Of a stretch of 64,000 nucleotides of DNA, positions 15,003 through 25,089 are shown in pieces. The notes under the pieces were generated by a model that saw only the letters and a program-made list of their open reading frames with translations, had not been told where the DNA came from and made no database searches. Source of the DNA: Burkholderiales bacterium (lineage in GTDB: Bacteria > Pseudomonadota > Gammaproteobacteria > Burkholderiales > SG8-39); the NCBI GenBank assembly GCA_017880775.1, contig JADGRQ010000001.1, forward strand, positions 194,909-258,908, in the 5' to 3' direction. Within the stretch, counting starts at the first letter, position 1; every line of letters begins with the position of its first letter. Made by a program: the position numbers and the translations under genes.

Positions 15003-15800
15003 TCACGCGCCGACCGCGCGTGCCTCTTGAGCGGCGTCGCGCGCGAGGATCTCCTGCGCGAGTGCCAGATATGCCTGCGCGCCCTTGGAAGCGCTGTCCC
15101 AGACGACGGCCGGCGCGCCGTAGCTGGGTGCTTCCGCCAGCCGCACGTTGCGCGGTACCAGCGTGCGGTAAACCTTGTCGCCGAAATGCGTCTCCAGTTG
15201 CGCGGAAACGTGTTGCGCAAGCGTGTTGCGCGGGTCGTACATCGTACGCAGCAGCCCGGCGATCTCCAGGCGCGGATTCAGATGCGCACGCACCCGTTTG
15301 ATGGTCCCCACCAGATCCGTAAGCCCTTCCAGCGCGTAGTACTCGCACTGCATCGGGATCACCACCTCCTCGGCGGCGACCAGCGCGTTCAACGTGAGCA
15401 GCGAGAGCGACGGCGGGCAGTCGATGAAAATGTAGTCGTATTGCGCGCCCAGCGGGGCAAGCGCGCTCTTCAGCCGCGACTCGCGGTTCGGTAACTCGAC
15501 CAGCTCGATCTCGGCTCCGGCGAGCTCGCGGTTTGCGGGCAGCAGGTCGTAGGCGCCGCTTTGCGAGCGCGCGCGAACGCTCGCCGCCTCGCTCAAGCCG
15601 AGCAGCGCGTGATACACGGTGCGCGCGAGATTGCGCTTGTCGATGCCGCTGCCCATGGTGGCGTTGCCCTGTGGATCGAGGTCGACCAGCAGCACGCGCC
15701 TGCCCTTGCCGGCAAGCCCCGCGGCGAGATTCACGCTGGTCGTGGTCTTGCCCACCCCGCCCTTCTGGTTCACCACCGCAAGAACGCGCGCCACGCTCAT
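15003..15800 (-). CDS. parA: chromosome partitioning ATPase ParA/Soj
   Basis: The deviant Walker A NQKGGVGKTTT is present. The ATG at 15800 overlaps the rsmG stop (ATGA). Confidence 0.93.
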   Translation of the reverse strand: MSVARVLAVVNQKGGVGKTTTSVNLAAGLAGKGRRVLLVDLDPQGNATMGSGIDKRNLARTVYHALLGLSEAASVRARSQSGAYDLLPANRELAGAEIELVELPNRESRLKSALAPLGAQYDYIFIDCPPSLSLLTLNALVAAEEVVIPMQCEYYALEGLTDLVGTIKRVRAHLNPRLEIAGLLRTMYDPRNTLAQHVSAQLETHFGDKVYRTLVPRNVRLAEAPSYGAPAVVWDSASKGAQAYLALAQEILARDAAQEARAVGA

Positions 15801-16423
15801 GCCTCCCTGCGGCACAGCACCAGGTGGCGGGCGCCCTCGATGAACGGCACCTCGAGCGGCACGACGTTCTCGCAACGGAACCCGGCGGGCAGTCGCGCAA
15901 GCTCGTCGTGCGGATAAACGCCCTTCATCGCCGCAAACTGCGCGCCGGGTGGCGCGAGATGCCTGGCCGTCGAAAGAAAATCGGCGAGCTCGGCGAACGC
16001 GCGCGATATCACGCAATCGAGCAACGGCTCGGGCCGCCACTCCTCCGCGCGCGCATTCACGACCGTCACTTTCTTCAGGTCAAGCTCGATTGTCGCCTGC
16101 TTCAGAAACGTCGCCTTCTTGTGGTTTGCGTCATTCAGGCTGATGGCACGCTCTGGCTGCGCAATTGCAAGCGGAATACCAGGTAATCCAGCGCCGGAGC
16201 CGATGTCGGCGATCGCCCCTTGCGCGAGATGTCGCGCCACCGCCAGGGAATCGAGCAGATGATGGCTGACCATCTTCTGCGCTTCGCGGATCGCGGTCAG
16301 GTTGTAGATTTGGTTCCACTTCAAGAGCAGTTCGAGATACGCAAGCAGCTTTGCCTCCGCGCCCGCGGGCAGCGCAATGTGCAGTTCTGCAAGCCCGCGC
16401 GCGAGCAATGCTGCGGGGGTCAT
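15797..16423 (-). CDS. rsmG: 16S rRNA (guanine527-N7)-methyltransferase RsmG (GidB)
   Basis: The SAM-binding motif [15 protein letters not shown] is present. The gene lies between mnmG and parA, and its ATGA overlaps the mnmG stop. Confidence 0.92.
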   Translation of the reverse strand: MTPAALLARGLAELHIALPAGAEAKLLAYLELLLKWNQIYNLTAIREAQKMVSHHLLDSLAVARHLAQGAIADIGSGAGLPGIPLAIAQPERAISLNDANHKKATFLKQATIELDLKKVTVVNARAEEWRPEPLLDCVISRAFAELADFLSTARHLAPPGAQFAAMKGVYPHDELARLPAGFRCENVVPLEVPFIEGARHLVLCRREA

Positions 16424-18324
16424 GCCGCGTTCTTGGCCTGTATGGGTCCCCGGCGCAGATGCACCAGCAGCAGCGAAATCGCGGCAGGTGTCACCCCCGA
16501 AATGCGCGCAGCTTGCCCCAGCGTTTCCGGCCGGGTCCTCTCCAGTTTCTCCTGTGCCTCCACCGAAAGCCCGCGCACCATCCGGTAATCGAGGTTCCCC
16601 GGAACGCGCAACGACTCTTGCGCCTCGCGTCGCGCGACCTCTTCTTTCTGACGCTCGATATAGCCCGCGTATTTGGCCTGGGTCTCGACTTGGCGCGCGA
16701 TCTGCTCGCCCAGTTCGTCACCGCCGGCGCCAGAACCAACCCCGGGCAGGCTCATCAGAGTCGCGTAAGAGACGTTTGGCCGCCGAAGCAGATCGAGAAG
16801 CGAGTGCTCACGTTCGAGCTGCTTGCCGAGGATTCGCTCGGCATCCTCTGCCGGTAGCAGACGGGGGCTAACCCAGGTAGACCTGAGGCGCTCCTGCTCT
16901 CGAGCGATGGCCTCGCGCTTGAATTCGAACGCCGCCCAACGGTGATCATCCACGAGGCCGAGGCGGCGGCCGGTGTCGCAGAGGCGCAAATCCGCATTGT
17001 CCTCGCGCAGCATCAACCGGAACTCGGCGCGGCTGGTGAACATCCGGTAGGGCTCGGAAACGCCGCGAGTGATCAGATCATCGACCAGGACGCCCAAGTA
17101 AGCTTCATCCCGCCGAGGGCACCATGGCTCACTCCCCCGCGCGGCGAGCGCGGCGTTCAAGCCGGAAAGCAAACCCTGAGCGGCAGCCTCCTCGTAGCCG
17201 GTCGTGCCATTGATCTGGCCGGCGAAGTAAAGTCCGCCAATCGACTTCGTCTCGAGCGAGGACTTCAGGTTTCGAGGGTCGAAGTAGTCGTACTCGATCG
17301 CGTAGCCGGGTCGCAGGATGTGCGCCTTTTCGAGTCCCTTGATCGAATGGACCAGGTCGAGTTGAACGTCGAACGGCAGACTCGTCGAGATTCCGTTCGG
17401 GTAGTACTCGTTGGTCGTCAACCCCTCGGGCTCGAGAAAAATCTGATGGCTCGATTTGCCGGAAAAGCGATGAATCTTGTCCTCTATTGACGGACAGTAG
17501 CGCGGTCCGATGCCCTTGATGACGCCGGTAAACATCGGTGAACGATCCAGGCCGCGGCGAATGACCTCGTGTGTCTTCTCGTTGGTATGAGTGACCCAGC
17601 ACGGCAGCTGCGCCGGATGCATGTCCCGGTTTCCAATGAATGAGAAGACCGGTACCGGATAATCTCCCGCTTGAGGCGCCATGACCGAAAAATCGATGCT
17701 GCGCCCGTCGATCCGCGGCGGCGTACCCGTCTTCAGCCGCCCCACCGGCAGTTTCATCTCGCGCAGGCGACGCGCAAGGGTTACCGCCGCAGGATCACCG
17801 GCGCGGCCAGCCGTGTATTGGTTGAGCCCGACGTGGACCAATCCGGCGAGAAAAGTGCCGGTGGTCAGCACGACTGTGCGACTGCGAAAGCGGATTCCGA
17901 TCTGGGTGACCACGCCGGCGACCCGATCGCCCTCCAAGAGGATGTCGTCCACCGCCTGCTGGAACAAGGTCAGGTTGGGATGGTTCTCGATGCGACCGCG
18001 AATCGCCCGGCGGTAAAGCGACCGGTCGGCTTGGGCGCGTGTGGCCTGCACTGCCGGGCCCTTGGAAGAGTTGAGAGTGCGGAACTGGATTCCTGCTTCG
18101 TCGGTGGCGAGGGCCATCGCGCCGCCAAGCGCGTCGATCTCCTTCACCAAGTGTCCTTTGCCGATTCCACCGATCGAAGGGTTGCACGACATCTGGCCGA
18201 GGGTCTCGATGCTGTGTGTGAGCAACAGCGTCCGAGCGCCGACCCGTGCACTCGCGAGGGCAGCCTCGCTGCCAGCGTGGCCGCCGCCAACCACGATGAC
18301 GTCGAATTCGGTCGGGAAAAGCAC
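16420..18324 (-). CDS. mnmG: tRNA uridine-5-carboxymethylaminomethyl modification enzyme MnmG (GidA)
   Basis: The FAD fold [16 protein letters not shown] is present in a protein of about 630 aa. The start is moved to the GTG at 18324 (VLFPTEFDV, which aligns with E. coli MFYPDPFDV). The ORF-track start at 18384 is a GTG inside a parS site, so the start position is less certain than the gene call. Confidence 0.9.
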   Translation of the reverse strand: MLFPTEFDVIVVGGGHAGSEAALASARVGARTLLLTHSIETLGQMSCNPSIGGIGKGHLVKEIDALGGAMALATDEAGIQFRTLNSSKGPAVQATRAQADRSLYRRAIRGRIENHPNLTLFQQAVDDILLEGDRVAGVVTQIGIRFRSRTVVLTTGTFLAGLVHVGLNQYTAGRAGDPAAVTLARRLREMKLPVGRLKTGTPPRIDGRSIDFSVMAPQAGDYPVPVFSFIGNRDMHPAQLPCWVTHTNEKTHEVIRRGLDRSPMFTGVIKGIGPRYCPSIEDKIHRFSGKSSHQIFLEPEGLTTNEYYPNGISTSLPFDVQLDLVHSIKGLEKAHILRPGYAIEYDYFDPRNLKSSLETKSIGGLYFAGQINGTTGYEEAAAQGLLSGLNAALAARGSEPWCPRRDEAYLGVLVDDLITRGVSEPYRMFTSRAEFRLMLREDNADLRLCDTGRRLGLVDDHRWAAFEFKREAIAREQERLRSTWVSPRLLPAEDAERILGKQLEREHSLLDLLRRPNVSYATLMSLPGVGSGAGGDELGEQIARQVETQAKYAGYIERQKEEVARREAQESLRVPGNLDYRMVRGLSVEAQEKLERTRPETLGQAARISGVTPAAISLLLVHLRRGPIQAKNAA

Positions 18325-18367
18325 AGGTCGATCCGGAGGAGGCGCAATGATACGTGATTCGAGCCGC

Positions 18368-18383
18368 GGTTTCACGTGGAACA
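18368..18383. other. parS centromere-like site 1
   Basis: The minus strand reads TGTTCCACGTGAAACC, which matches the canonical TGTTNCACGTGAAACA at 15 of 16 positions. The site lies about 45 bp upstream of the revised mnmG start and 3.4 kb from parB. Confidence 0.85.
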
Positions 18384-18404
18384 CAGTTACCCGGCACTGG
18401 GCAT

Positions 18405-18420
18405 CGTTTCACGTGAAACA
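18405..18420. other. parS centromere-like site 2
   Basis: The plus strand reads CGTTTCACGTGAAACA, which matches the palindromic consensus TGTTTCACGTGAAACA at 15 of 16 positions. Its centre is 37 bp from the centre of site 1. Confidence 0.85.
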
Positions 18421-18556
18421 TGCCCGTCTGCATCGAGGGCGAACAAATTATCTATTTGTTATTTAAAGAGAAAAACAATTTCTGCAACGCAATATAACCG
18501 TCTTTTCATGGCAAACGGAGCAGGTGTGAGACAATCCGCGGCCTTTTGCGCCACCT

Positions 18557-19741
18557 GTGATCTCCCTCGCGCGTTACCGCACCCTTCTCGCCCGGAACGA
18601 CCTGCGCACGCTGGTGGTCGCGTCGATCATCGGTCGGCTGCCGATCGGCGTGGCGGGTCTCGCGATCATGCTGATGACCCAGGCTGCGAGCGGCTCCTTT
18701 GCGCGATCGGGCATCGCCACCGCCGGATACATGGCAGGTCTTGCCGCGCTGGCGCCTCTGCTGGGCCGCCACATCGACCGCAAGGGCCCGCGACGCGTAC
18801 TCATTGCATCGGTGATGGTGTATCCGAGCGCGATGCTCGCGCTCGCCGCAACGACCCTGTTGGCAGCTCCTTACTGGATGGTCCTGCTTACGGGACTCGC
18901 CGCCGGGGCGAGCTTCCCACCGATCACCGTGTGCATGCGTACGCTCTTCAAACGCCTGCTCACCGACGACGAGCAGATCCAGACCGCATATTCTCTCGAG
19001 TCGGTGCTAATCGAAACGATCTTCATCGTTGGCCCCCTGATTGTCGCGCTCCTCGTCGCGCTCGTTGCGCCTCTCGCCGCCGTGGTATTCGCCGCGCTGT
19101 GCTCGGCGATCGGCACGCTGTTATTCCTGCGTGCGCCGGCGTTGATCGAATGGCGGATCGAGCCGCGCGCACGGACGAGCTTGTTCGGCCCGCTCGCAAC
19201 ACCCGGGTTCGTCAGCCTGCTGACCGTGGTGTTGTGCTACAGCGCCGCATTCGGGCTGATCGAGATTGCGGTTACCGGTTACGCCGGCGCTCGCCGCCAG
19301 CCGGCGCTCGCCGGCGTGATGCTTGGCCTGATGAGCGTCGGCAGCGTCAGCGGAGCGCTGGTATACGGCTCGCGAACGTGGCGCCGCTCGCTGACGCGAC
19401 AGTTTGCCGTCGCGCTCGTTCTATTCGGCGCGGGCGCCGCGCTGCTCGCGCTGGTCGAGCAGGTACTCGCATTTTCGCTCGCCTGCGTGCTGGCCGGTAT
19501 CGCGATGTCGCCCCCGCTCATCATGCAGTCCATGCTGGTGGCAAAAACTGCGCGCGAAGAGCATTCGACCGAAGCCTTCACTTGGGCCTCGACCAGTCTG
19601 CTCTCCGGGGTCAGTCTGGGCATCGCGGGCGGTGGCGCGCTGCTCGAGATCGGCGGCGTGGCGACCGCGTTCGGCGCGGCGGCTGCGGCGGCATTCACCG
19701 CAGCCGCACTTGCGGCGCTGCTGGTGCGCGAGCGCGCCTGA
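18557..19741 (+). CDS. MFS transporter
   Basis: The 394-aa protein has roughly 12 hydrophobic segments and a central loop, giving an MFS-like topology. It uses a GTG start. No specific subfamily was recognised. Confidence 0.7.
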   Translation: MISLARYRTLLARNDLRTLVVASIIGRLPIGVAGLAIMLMTQAASGSFARSGIATAGYMAGLAALAPLLGRHIDRKGPRRVLIASVMVYPSAMLALAATTLLAAPYWMVLLTGLAAGASFPPITVCMRTLFKRLLTDDEQIQTAYSLESVLIETIFIVGPLIVALLVALVAPLAAVVFAALCSAIGTLLFLRAPALIEWRIEPRARTSLFGPLATPGFVSLLTVVLCYSAAFGLIEIAVTGYAGARRQPALAGVMLGLMSVGSVSGALVYGSRTWRRSLTRQFAVALVLFGAGAALLALVEQVLAFSLACVLAGIAMSPPLIMQSMLVAKTAREEHSTEAFTWASTSLLSGVSLGIAGGGALLEIGGVATAFGAAAAAAFTAAALAALLVRERA

Positions 19742-19748
19742 GACTTCT

Positions 19749-21092
19749 CTACGCGGCAAGCGCCGCAGGCACGCCAAGGGTCGCCGCCAACGCGTCGGAG
19801 AACTTCGTCACCAGTTCGTCGAGCTGCGCCTCCTCGATAATGAATGGCGGGGCGAACAGCACATGGTCGCCATGGACGCCATCGACCGTGCCGCCCATCG
19901 GGTAGCACATGAGGCCGGCCGTAAGGGCTTCCTTCTTCAGCCGCGCATTCACCTTTTTGCTGGGATCGAAGGGTTTCTTCGTCGCGCGGTCCTCGACCAA
20001 CTCGACAGCCCGGAACAGCCCCCGTCCGCGGATGTCGCCGACGTGGGGATGCCGGCCGAACGCCGCGCGCAGCCGCTTGTCCAGCAGCTCGCCCAACGGC
20101 GTCACGCGGGCGAGCAAGCCGTCCTCGTTGAGGCGCTTCTGTACCGCGAGTGCGCCGGCGCAGGCTGCCGCGTGGCCGAGATAGGTGTGGCCATGCTGGA
20201 AGAAACCGGTGCCGGAAACGATGGCCTCGTAGACCTTCTTCGAGGCGATCACCGCGCCGATCGGCTGGTAACCCGCGCCCAGGCCTTTCGCGATGCAGAC
20301 GAGGTCCGGCACCACGCCTTCCTGCTCGAACGTGAACAGCGCGCCGCAGCGGCCCATACCGCACATCACCTCGTCGAGGATCAGCAGCACACCGTACTTG
20401 TCGCAGATTGCGCGCACGTGCTTGAAGTACCCAGGGACCGGCTCGACCGCGCCGAGCGTGGCGCCCACCACCGTCTCGGCGACAAAGGCGATCACCTTGT
20501 CACCGCCCAGCCGCAGGATTTCGTCCTCGAGTTCGGCGGCAAGACGTGCGGCGTATGCATCGTCCGTCTCGCCGTCCTGCTTGCCGCGATACGCGTAGCA
20601 CGGCGAGACATGCGACACGTCGATCAGCAAGGGCTCAAATTGCTTGCGGCGCCAGGCGTTGCCGCCGACGGCGAGCGCCCCCAGGGTATTGCCGTGATAG
20701 CTGCCACGCCTTGAAATGATGTGCTCGCGCTGCGGCTCGCCCTTCTCGACGAAGTACTGGCGCGCGAGCTTCAGCGACGCCTCCACGGCTTCCGAACCAC
20801 CGGAAACGAAATAGACCCGGTCGAACTGCTTCGGCGAGCGGCGGATCAGCGCTTCGGCCAGCGCCTCCATCGGCTCGTTGGTGAAAAACGAGGTATGCGC
20901 AAACGGCAGGCGGTCGAGCTGCAGCTTGATGGCTTCCACCACCGCGCGGTCAGAGTGCCCCAGACAGGACACCGCGGCGCCGCCCGAGGCGTCGAGGTAG
21001 CACTTGCCCTTCGCATCGATCAGGTAAGCCCCGTCGCCGCGAGCCGCGACCGGGTAGTCATTGAGCGGATTGCGGTGAAAAACCTTGCTCAC
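19749..21092 (-). CDS. class III (omega-type) pyridoxal-phosphate aminotransferase
   Basis: Motifs [28 protein letters not shown] and the [13 protein letters not shown] region are present. The GTG at 21092 forms a GTGA overlap with the pckG stop; the track start at 21125 would overlap pckG by 37 nt. Confidence 0.85.
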   Translation of the reverse strand: MSKVFHRNPLNDYPVAARGDGAYLIDAKGKCYLDASGGAAVSCLGHSDRAVVEAIKLQLDRLPFAHTSFFTNEPMEALAEALIRRSPKQFDRVYFVSGGSEAVEASLKLARQYFVEKGEPQREHIISRRGSYHGNTLGALAVGGNAWRRKQFEPLLIDVSHVSPCYAYRGKQDGETDDAYAARLAAELEDEILRLGGDKVIAFVAETVVGATLGAVEPVPGYFKHVRAICDKYGVLLILDEVMCGMGRCGALFTFEQEGVVPDLVCIAKGLGAGYQPIGAVIASKKVYEAIVSGTGFFQHGHTYLGHAAACAGALAVQKRLNEDGLLARVTPLGELLDKRLRAAFGRHPHVGDIRGRGLFRAVELVEDRATKKPFDPSKKVNARLKKEALTAGLMCYPMGGTVDGVHGDHVLFAPPFIIEEAQLDELVTKFSDALAATLGVPAALAA

Positions 21093-22930
21093 GCGCCTAG
21101 CTGGGCATGCAACGCAGCGCGGCACTGCTCCAACGCGGCAGGCAGGTGATCGCCAAGCTTGCCGAACAACTCATCGTGCGAGGCAAGTTCGTCACGCCAG
21201 GCGGCACCGTCCACACGGGTAAGTTCGACGAACTGCTCGCGCGAGAACTCCTCGAGGCCGATCCAGGCCAGGTCTTCCCAACGCGGCATCAGGCCGAGCG
21301 GGGTTTCGACCGCGCCCGCCTTCCCCTGGCAGCGCTCGACCGCCCATTTCAATACACGCATGTTCTCGCCGAATCCGGGCCAGATAAATTTCCCGTCGGC
21401 ACCCCGCCTGAACCAGTTCACGCGGAACATGCGCGGCGGCCGAGCCACCGCCCGGCCCATTTCCAGCCAGTGGCCAAAATAATCGCCCATGTTGTAACCG
21501 CAGAAGGCGAGCATTGCCATCGGGTCGCGGCGCACGACACCCACCTTGCCGGTGATCGCCGCGGTGGTTTCGGAGCCGAGGGTCGCAGCCATGTACACCC
21601 CGTCTTCCCAGCTCGGCGCCTCGACCACCAACGGGATCGTGGCTGCGCGCCGGCCGCCGAACAGAAATGCGCTGATCGGCACTCCCGACGGATCTTCCCA
21701 AGCGGGATCGATCGACGGGCACTGCGCAGCAGGTACGGTAAAACGCGAGTTGGGGTGTGCGGCAAGACGCCCCGATTTCTTGCCTTCCTCGGGCGTCCAA
21801 TCCTTGCCCTGCCAGTCGATGAGGCGCGCCGGAGGAGTGTCGGTCATTCCCTCCCACCAGACATCGCCTTCTGGGGTCAGCGCGACATTGGTGAAGATGG
21901 TATTGGCGTGCAGCATCTTCATCGCGTTGAGATTGGTCGCCACCGAAGTTCCCGGGGCAACGCCGAAGAAACCGGCTTCTGGATTGATCGCGCGGAAGCG
22001 CCCGTCCGCGCCGGGCTTGAGCCACGCAATGTCTTCGCCGATCGTGGTCACCTTCCAGCCCTTGAGTGCGCCCGGCGGGATGACCATGGCTAGGTTTGTC
22101 TTGCCGCAGGCGCTCGGGAATCCGGCCGAAATGTAGGTCTTCTGTCCGTCCGGGGCCTCCACGCCGAGAATCAGCATGTGTTCGGCGAGCCAGCCTTGAT
22201 CCCGCGCCATCACGCTCGCGATGCGCAACGCAAGGCATTTTTTTCCGAGCAGCGCATTGCCGCCGTAACCGGATCCGAACGACCAGATCTCGCGCGTTTC
22301 AGGGAAGTGAACGATCCACTTGTCGTCCTTGTTGCAGGGCCAGCGCACGTCTTCCTGCCCCGGTGGGAGCGGCGCGCCCACCGAATGCACACCCGGCACG
22401 TAGTCGCCATCCGCACCCAGTTGCTCGATCACGGCACGGCCCATGCGCGTCATGATGCGCATGCTCACCACGACATAGGCGGAGTCACTGATTTCGATGC
22501 CGATCTGCGCGATCGGCGAGCCGATCGGGCCCATCGAAAACGGCACGACGTACATCGTCCTTCCGCGCATGCACCCGTCGAACAGGCGCTCGAGAGTGGC
22601 CCGCATCTGCGCGGGCTCGATCCAGTTGTTGGTCGGACCGGCGTCTTCCTGTTTCGCGCTGCAGATGAACGTTCGGTCCTCCATGCGCGCAACGTCGCCC
22701 GGGTCTGACCGCGCGAGAAAGCTATTCGGCCGCAATTTCGGATTCAGCCTGAGGAAGGCGCCGCTCGTCACGAGTTCCGCGCACAACCGGTCGTACTCGG
22801 CCTGGCTGCCGTCGCACCAGACGATGCGATCGGGTTTTGCAAGGCGTGCGACATCCGAAACCCAGTGGCGCAGCCGCGCGTGGCGGACGTAGCCGGGAGC
22901 ACTCGAAAGATCGTCGCTGGGGTCGCTCAT
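21089..22930 (-). CDS. pckG: phosphoenolpyruvate carboxykinase (GTP)
   Basis: The kinase-1a P-loop FPSACGKTN and the N-terminal [12 protein letters not shown] are present. At 613 aa the length is typical of GTP-dependent PEPCK. Confidence 0.95.
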   Translation of the reverse strand: MSDPSDDLSSAPGYVRHARLRHWVSDVARLAKPDRIVWCDGSQAEYDRLCAELVTSGAFLRLNPKLRPNSFLARSDPGDVARMEDRTFICSAKQEDAGPTNNWIEPAQMRATLERLFDGCMRGRTMYVVPFSMGPIGSPIAQIGIEISDSAYVVVSMRIMTRMGRAVIEQLGADGDYVPGVHSVGAPLPPGQEDVRWPCNKDDKWIVHFPETREIWSFGSGYGGNALLGKKCLALRIASVMARDQGWLAEHMLILGVEAPDGQKTYISAGFPSACGKTNLAMVIPPGALKGWKVTTIGEDIAWLKPGADGRFRAINPEAGFFGVAPGTSVATNLNAMKMLHANTIFTNVALTPEGDVWWEGMTDTPPARLIDWQGKDWTPEEGKKSGRLAAHPNSRFTVPAAQCPSIDPAWEDPSGVPISAFLFGGRRAATIPLVVEAPSWEDGVYMAATLGSETTAAITGKVGVVRRDPMAMLAFCGYNMGDYFGHWLEMGRAVARPPRMFRVNWFRRGADGKFIWPGFGENMRVLKWAVERCQGKAGAVETPLGLMPRWEDLAWIGLEEFSREQFVELTRVDGAAWRDELASHDELFGKLGDHLPAALEQCRAALHAQLGA

Positions 22931-22956
22931 GAAAACAAAACGGCCCTCAAGGGCCG
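22931..22956 (-). terminator. intrinsic terminator-like hairpin downstream of the AbrB-type gene, abutting the pckG start codon
   Basis: The minus strand reads CGGCCC-TTGA-GGGCCG followed by TTTTGTTTTC and then immediately the pckG ATG. That is a 6-bp GC stem, a tetraloop and a U-tract. Confidence 0.6.
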
Positions 22957-22984
22957 GATATCGATTTGGCAGAATTTTACCACT

Positions 22985-24043
22985 TCATCCCGTCGGGGCG
23001 CGCCGGGCAAGGCGCAGCGCCATCCGGTAGATCGGTCCGGTGGTCGTGACCAGCACGATAACACGGGTGACGTGCGCGGCGGTCACCAGCGGCACGCCCA
23101 ACTGCAACACCTTTGCAGTCATGGACATTTCGGCGATCCCGCCGGGGGCCGTGGCGAGGACCAGGCTCGGCACCGGCAACCCGGAGAACCAAGCGAGCGC
23201 GGTTCCGGCGAGGGCCGCAAGCGCAAGCGAGATAAGAATGCTCGCTAGAACGCCGGCTATATATCGCGGTGCACCATGCAGGAAGCGTCGCTCAAATCGC
23301 GCGCCGAGGGCGCAACCGAGCAGCGCCTGGCCGAGATTGGACATCGCCCCCGGCATGGAAGAAAACTGCAGATCATTCGCGGTCAGCGCGATGACGATCG
23401 CCAGCGGACCGAGCATGAAAGCGTTGGGCAGACGGACCATCAGGAAGAAACCACCCGCCACCGCTGCGATCGCCAGCAGCGTGCCGAGTCCGCGCCACTC
23501 GAGCGCCGTTGCCAAAGGCACATAGACATCCGCGCCGCGAACGCCGGAATACGCAAGCGCGTACGGAACGACGATCACCACGACGAGAATGCGCAGCGAC
23601 TGAGCGATCGCAACTCGGTCGGTGCGTGCGCCAAAACGCTCGCCCAGCACTGCCATCTCCGTCGCACCGCCGGGCACGCTCGCAAAGAAAGCCGTCGTCC
23701 GGTCGGTGCCCGTGGCGCTTGCGACAAACCAGCCGCACAGGCCGCCAAGCGCAATCGCGAGCAGCGCCGCGAGCAGCAGCAGATACCATTTGGATGCAAC
23801 CTCGTGTGCAACCGCGGGGGTGAAGTAAAGGCCGAGCGCGGTGCCAATGATCACCTGTCCGAGTTCGCGCCCGCCGGTCGGTGCGCGCAACTCCAAGCCG
23901 CTGAAATTGCACACTGCCATCGCTACCAGCGGGCCGATCATCCAGGGCAGCGGCGTCTTCAGCCATGCAAACAACGCACCCGTCGCGGCACACAGTACAA
24001 GGCTGAGAAGCGGGTTGAAAAAGGAGTCGCGCGCGGCGCGCAT
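22985..24043 (-). CDS. AbrB-family (duplicated 'putative ammonia monooxygenase' domain) integral membrane protein
   Basis: The polytopic protein has an internal duplication and an N-terminus (LFAWLKTPLPWMIGPLVAMAVCNFSG) typical of E. coli AbrB-like membrane proteins. The ATG at 24043 is preceded by AGGAAG. Confidence 0.65.
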   Translation of the reverse strand: MRAARDSFFNPLLSLVLCAATGALFAWLKTPLPWMIGPLVAMAVCNFSGLELRAPTGGRELGQVIIGTALGLYFTPAVAHEVASKWYLLLLAALLAIALGGLCGWFVASATGTDRTTAFFASVPGGATEMAVLGERFGARTDRVAIAQSLRILVVVIVVPYALAYSGVRGADVYVPLATALEWRGLGTLLAIAAVAGGFFLMVRLPNAFMLGPLAIVIALTANDLQFSSMPGAMSNLGQALLGCALGARFERRFLHGAPRYIAGVLASILISLALAALAGTALAWFSGLPVPSLVLATAPGGIAEMSMTAKVLQLGVPLVTAAHVTRVIVLVTTTGPIYRMALRLARRAPTG

Positions 24044-24114
24044 TGCCCTGACTTCCTGGCGCAAACCCTAGCGAGCGCGCCCGACTCGTTTCGAGGAAGA
24101 CGCCGCGCCGGTTC

Positions 24115-25089
24115 TCACTGCGGCTCGATGCCAAGCTGCCTGGCGAGCGCGGCGAAGCGCTCGATGTCCTGCTGGATCGCGGTCGAGAACTGCTCCGGGG
24201 TGCTGCCCACCGGCTCGAGGCTGCGCGCGGCGAATTCCTTGCGGCCGTCGGCGCTTTGCACATATCGGGCCGTCTCCGCCTGGATGCGCTCGACGATCGC
24301 CTTCGGCGTGCCTGCCGGCGCGACCAGCCCGTACCAGAACGCCGCGTCGAAATCTCGCAACCCGACCGACGCACCCGCCTGCGACAACAGCGGCACCCCG
24401 GACATCGAAGGCGTGGGCGTAGTTACGCCATAGGCTTTCAGCCGGCCGGAGTTCACCAGCGGCGTCGACGCGCCGGGATTGTCGAGGAACACCGATACCT
24501 GGTTGCTGATCAGGTCCGGATAGATCTGCGAGGAGCCCTTGTAGGACACGTCCTGCATCTGCGTGCCGGTGAGCGCCTTGAACTGCAACGACAGCAGGTA
24601 GCCGAGCGTCGAGGTACCGACGTTGGCGAAGTTGAGCTTACCCGGATTGGCCTGCGCGTACGCTACCAGTTCAGCGAGCGTATTCGCGGGCAGCGCCGGG
24701 CTTGCGACAAGCACATAGGACGTGCTGCCGATCATGGTGATCGGGGCGAAGCTCTTCAGCGGATCGAAAGGTACGTTTTTCTGCAGCACCACCGAGGCAG
24801 GGTGCGTGCTCGATGTAGCGATGCCGATGGTGTAGCCGTCAGGGGCGGCTTTTGCCACCGCATCGGCGCCAATCGTGCCGCCGGCCCCCGGACGGTTCTC
24901 CACCACCACCGGCTGGCCGAGGACTTCGGCGAGCTTCGCCGCCACGGAACGCGCGACGAGATCCGTGCCGCCTCCCGGCGGGAACGGCACGATCAGCTTC
25001 AGGGCGCGCACAGGCCATTGGGCGTGGGTAGCGCCCGCCGCGGTGACAAGCAACAGCACGAACGCCGCCGCGAAGGCGGCACGCCTCAT
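24115..25089 (-). CDS. Bug/TctC family tripartite tricarboxylate transporter substrate-binding protein
   Basis: A signal peptide is followed by LIVPFPPGGGTDLVARSVAAKL and ENRPGAGGTIGADAVAKAAPDGYT, the classic Bug-family blocks. An ATGA overlaps the upstream aldolase stop. Confidence 0.88.
   Translation of the reverse strand: MRRAAFAAAFVLLLVTAAGATHAQWPVRALKLIVPFPPGGGTDLVARSVAAKLAEVLGQPVVVENRPGAGGTIGADAVAKAAPDGYTIGIATSSTHPASVVLQKNVPFDPLKSFAPITMIGSTSYVLVASPALPANTLAELVAYAQANPGKLNFANVGTSTLGYLLSLQFKALTGTQMQDVSYKGSSQIYPDLISNQVSVFLDNPGASTPLVNSGRLKAYGVTTPTPSMSGVPLLSQAGASVGLRDFDAAFWYGLVAPAGTPKAIVERIQAETARYVQSADGRKEFAARSLEPVGSTPEQFSTAIQQDIERFAALARQLGIEPQ

Noticed and set aside
18325-18384. The N-terminal extension [20 protein letters not shown] of mnmG given in the ORF track.
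   Set aside because: The first codons are the translation of parS site 1 (GTG TTC CAC GTG AAA CC). The GTG at 18324 gives an N-terminus (VLFPTEFDV) collinear with E. coli MnmG (MFYPDPFDV).
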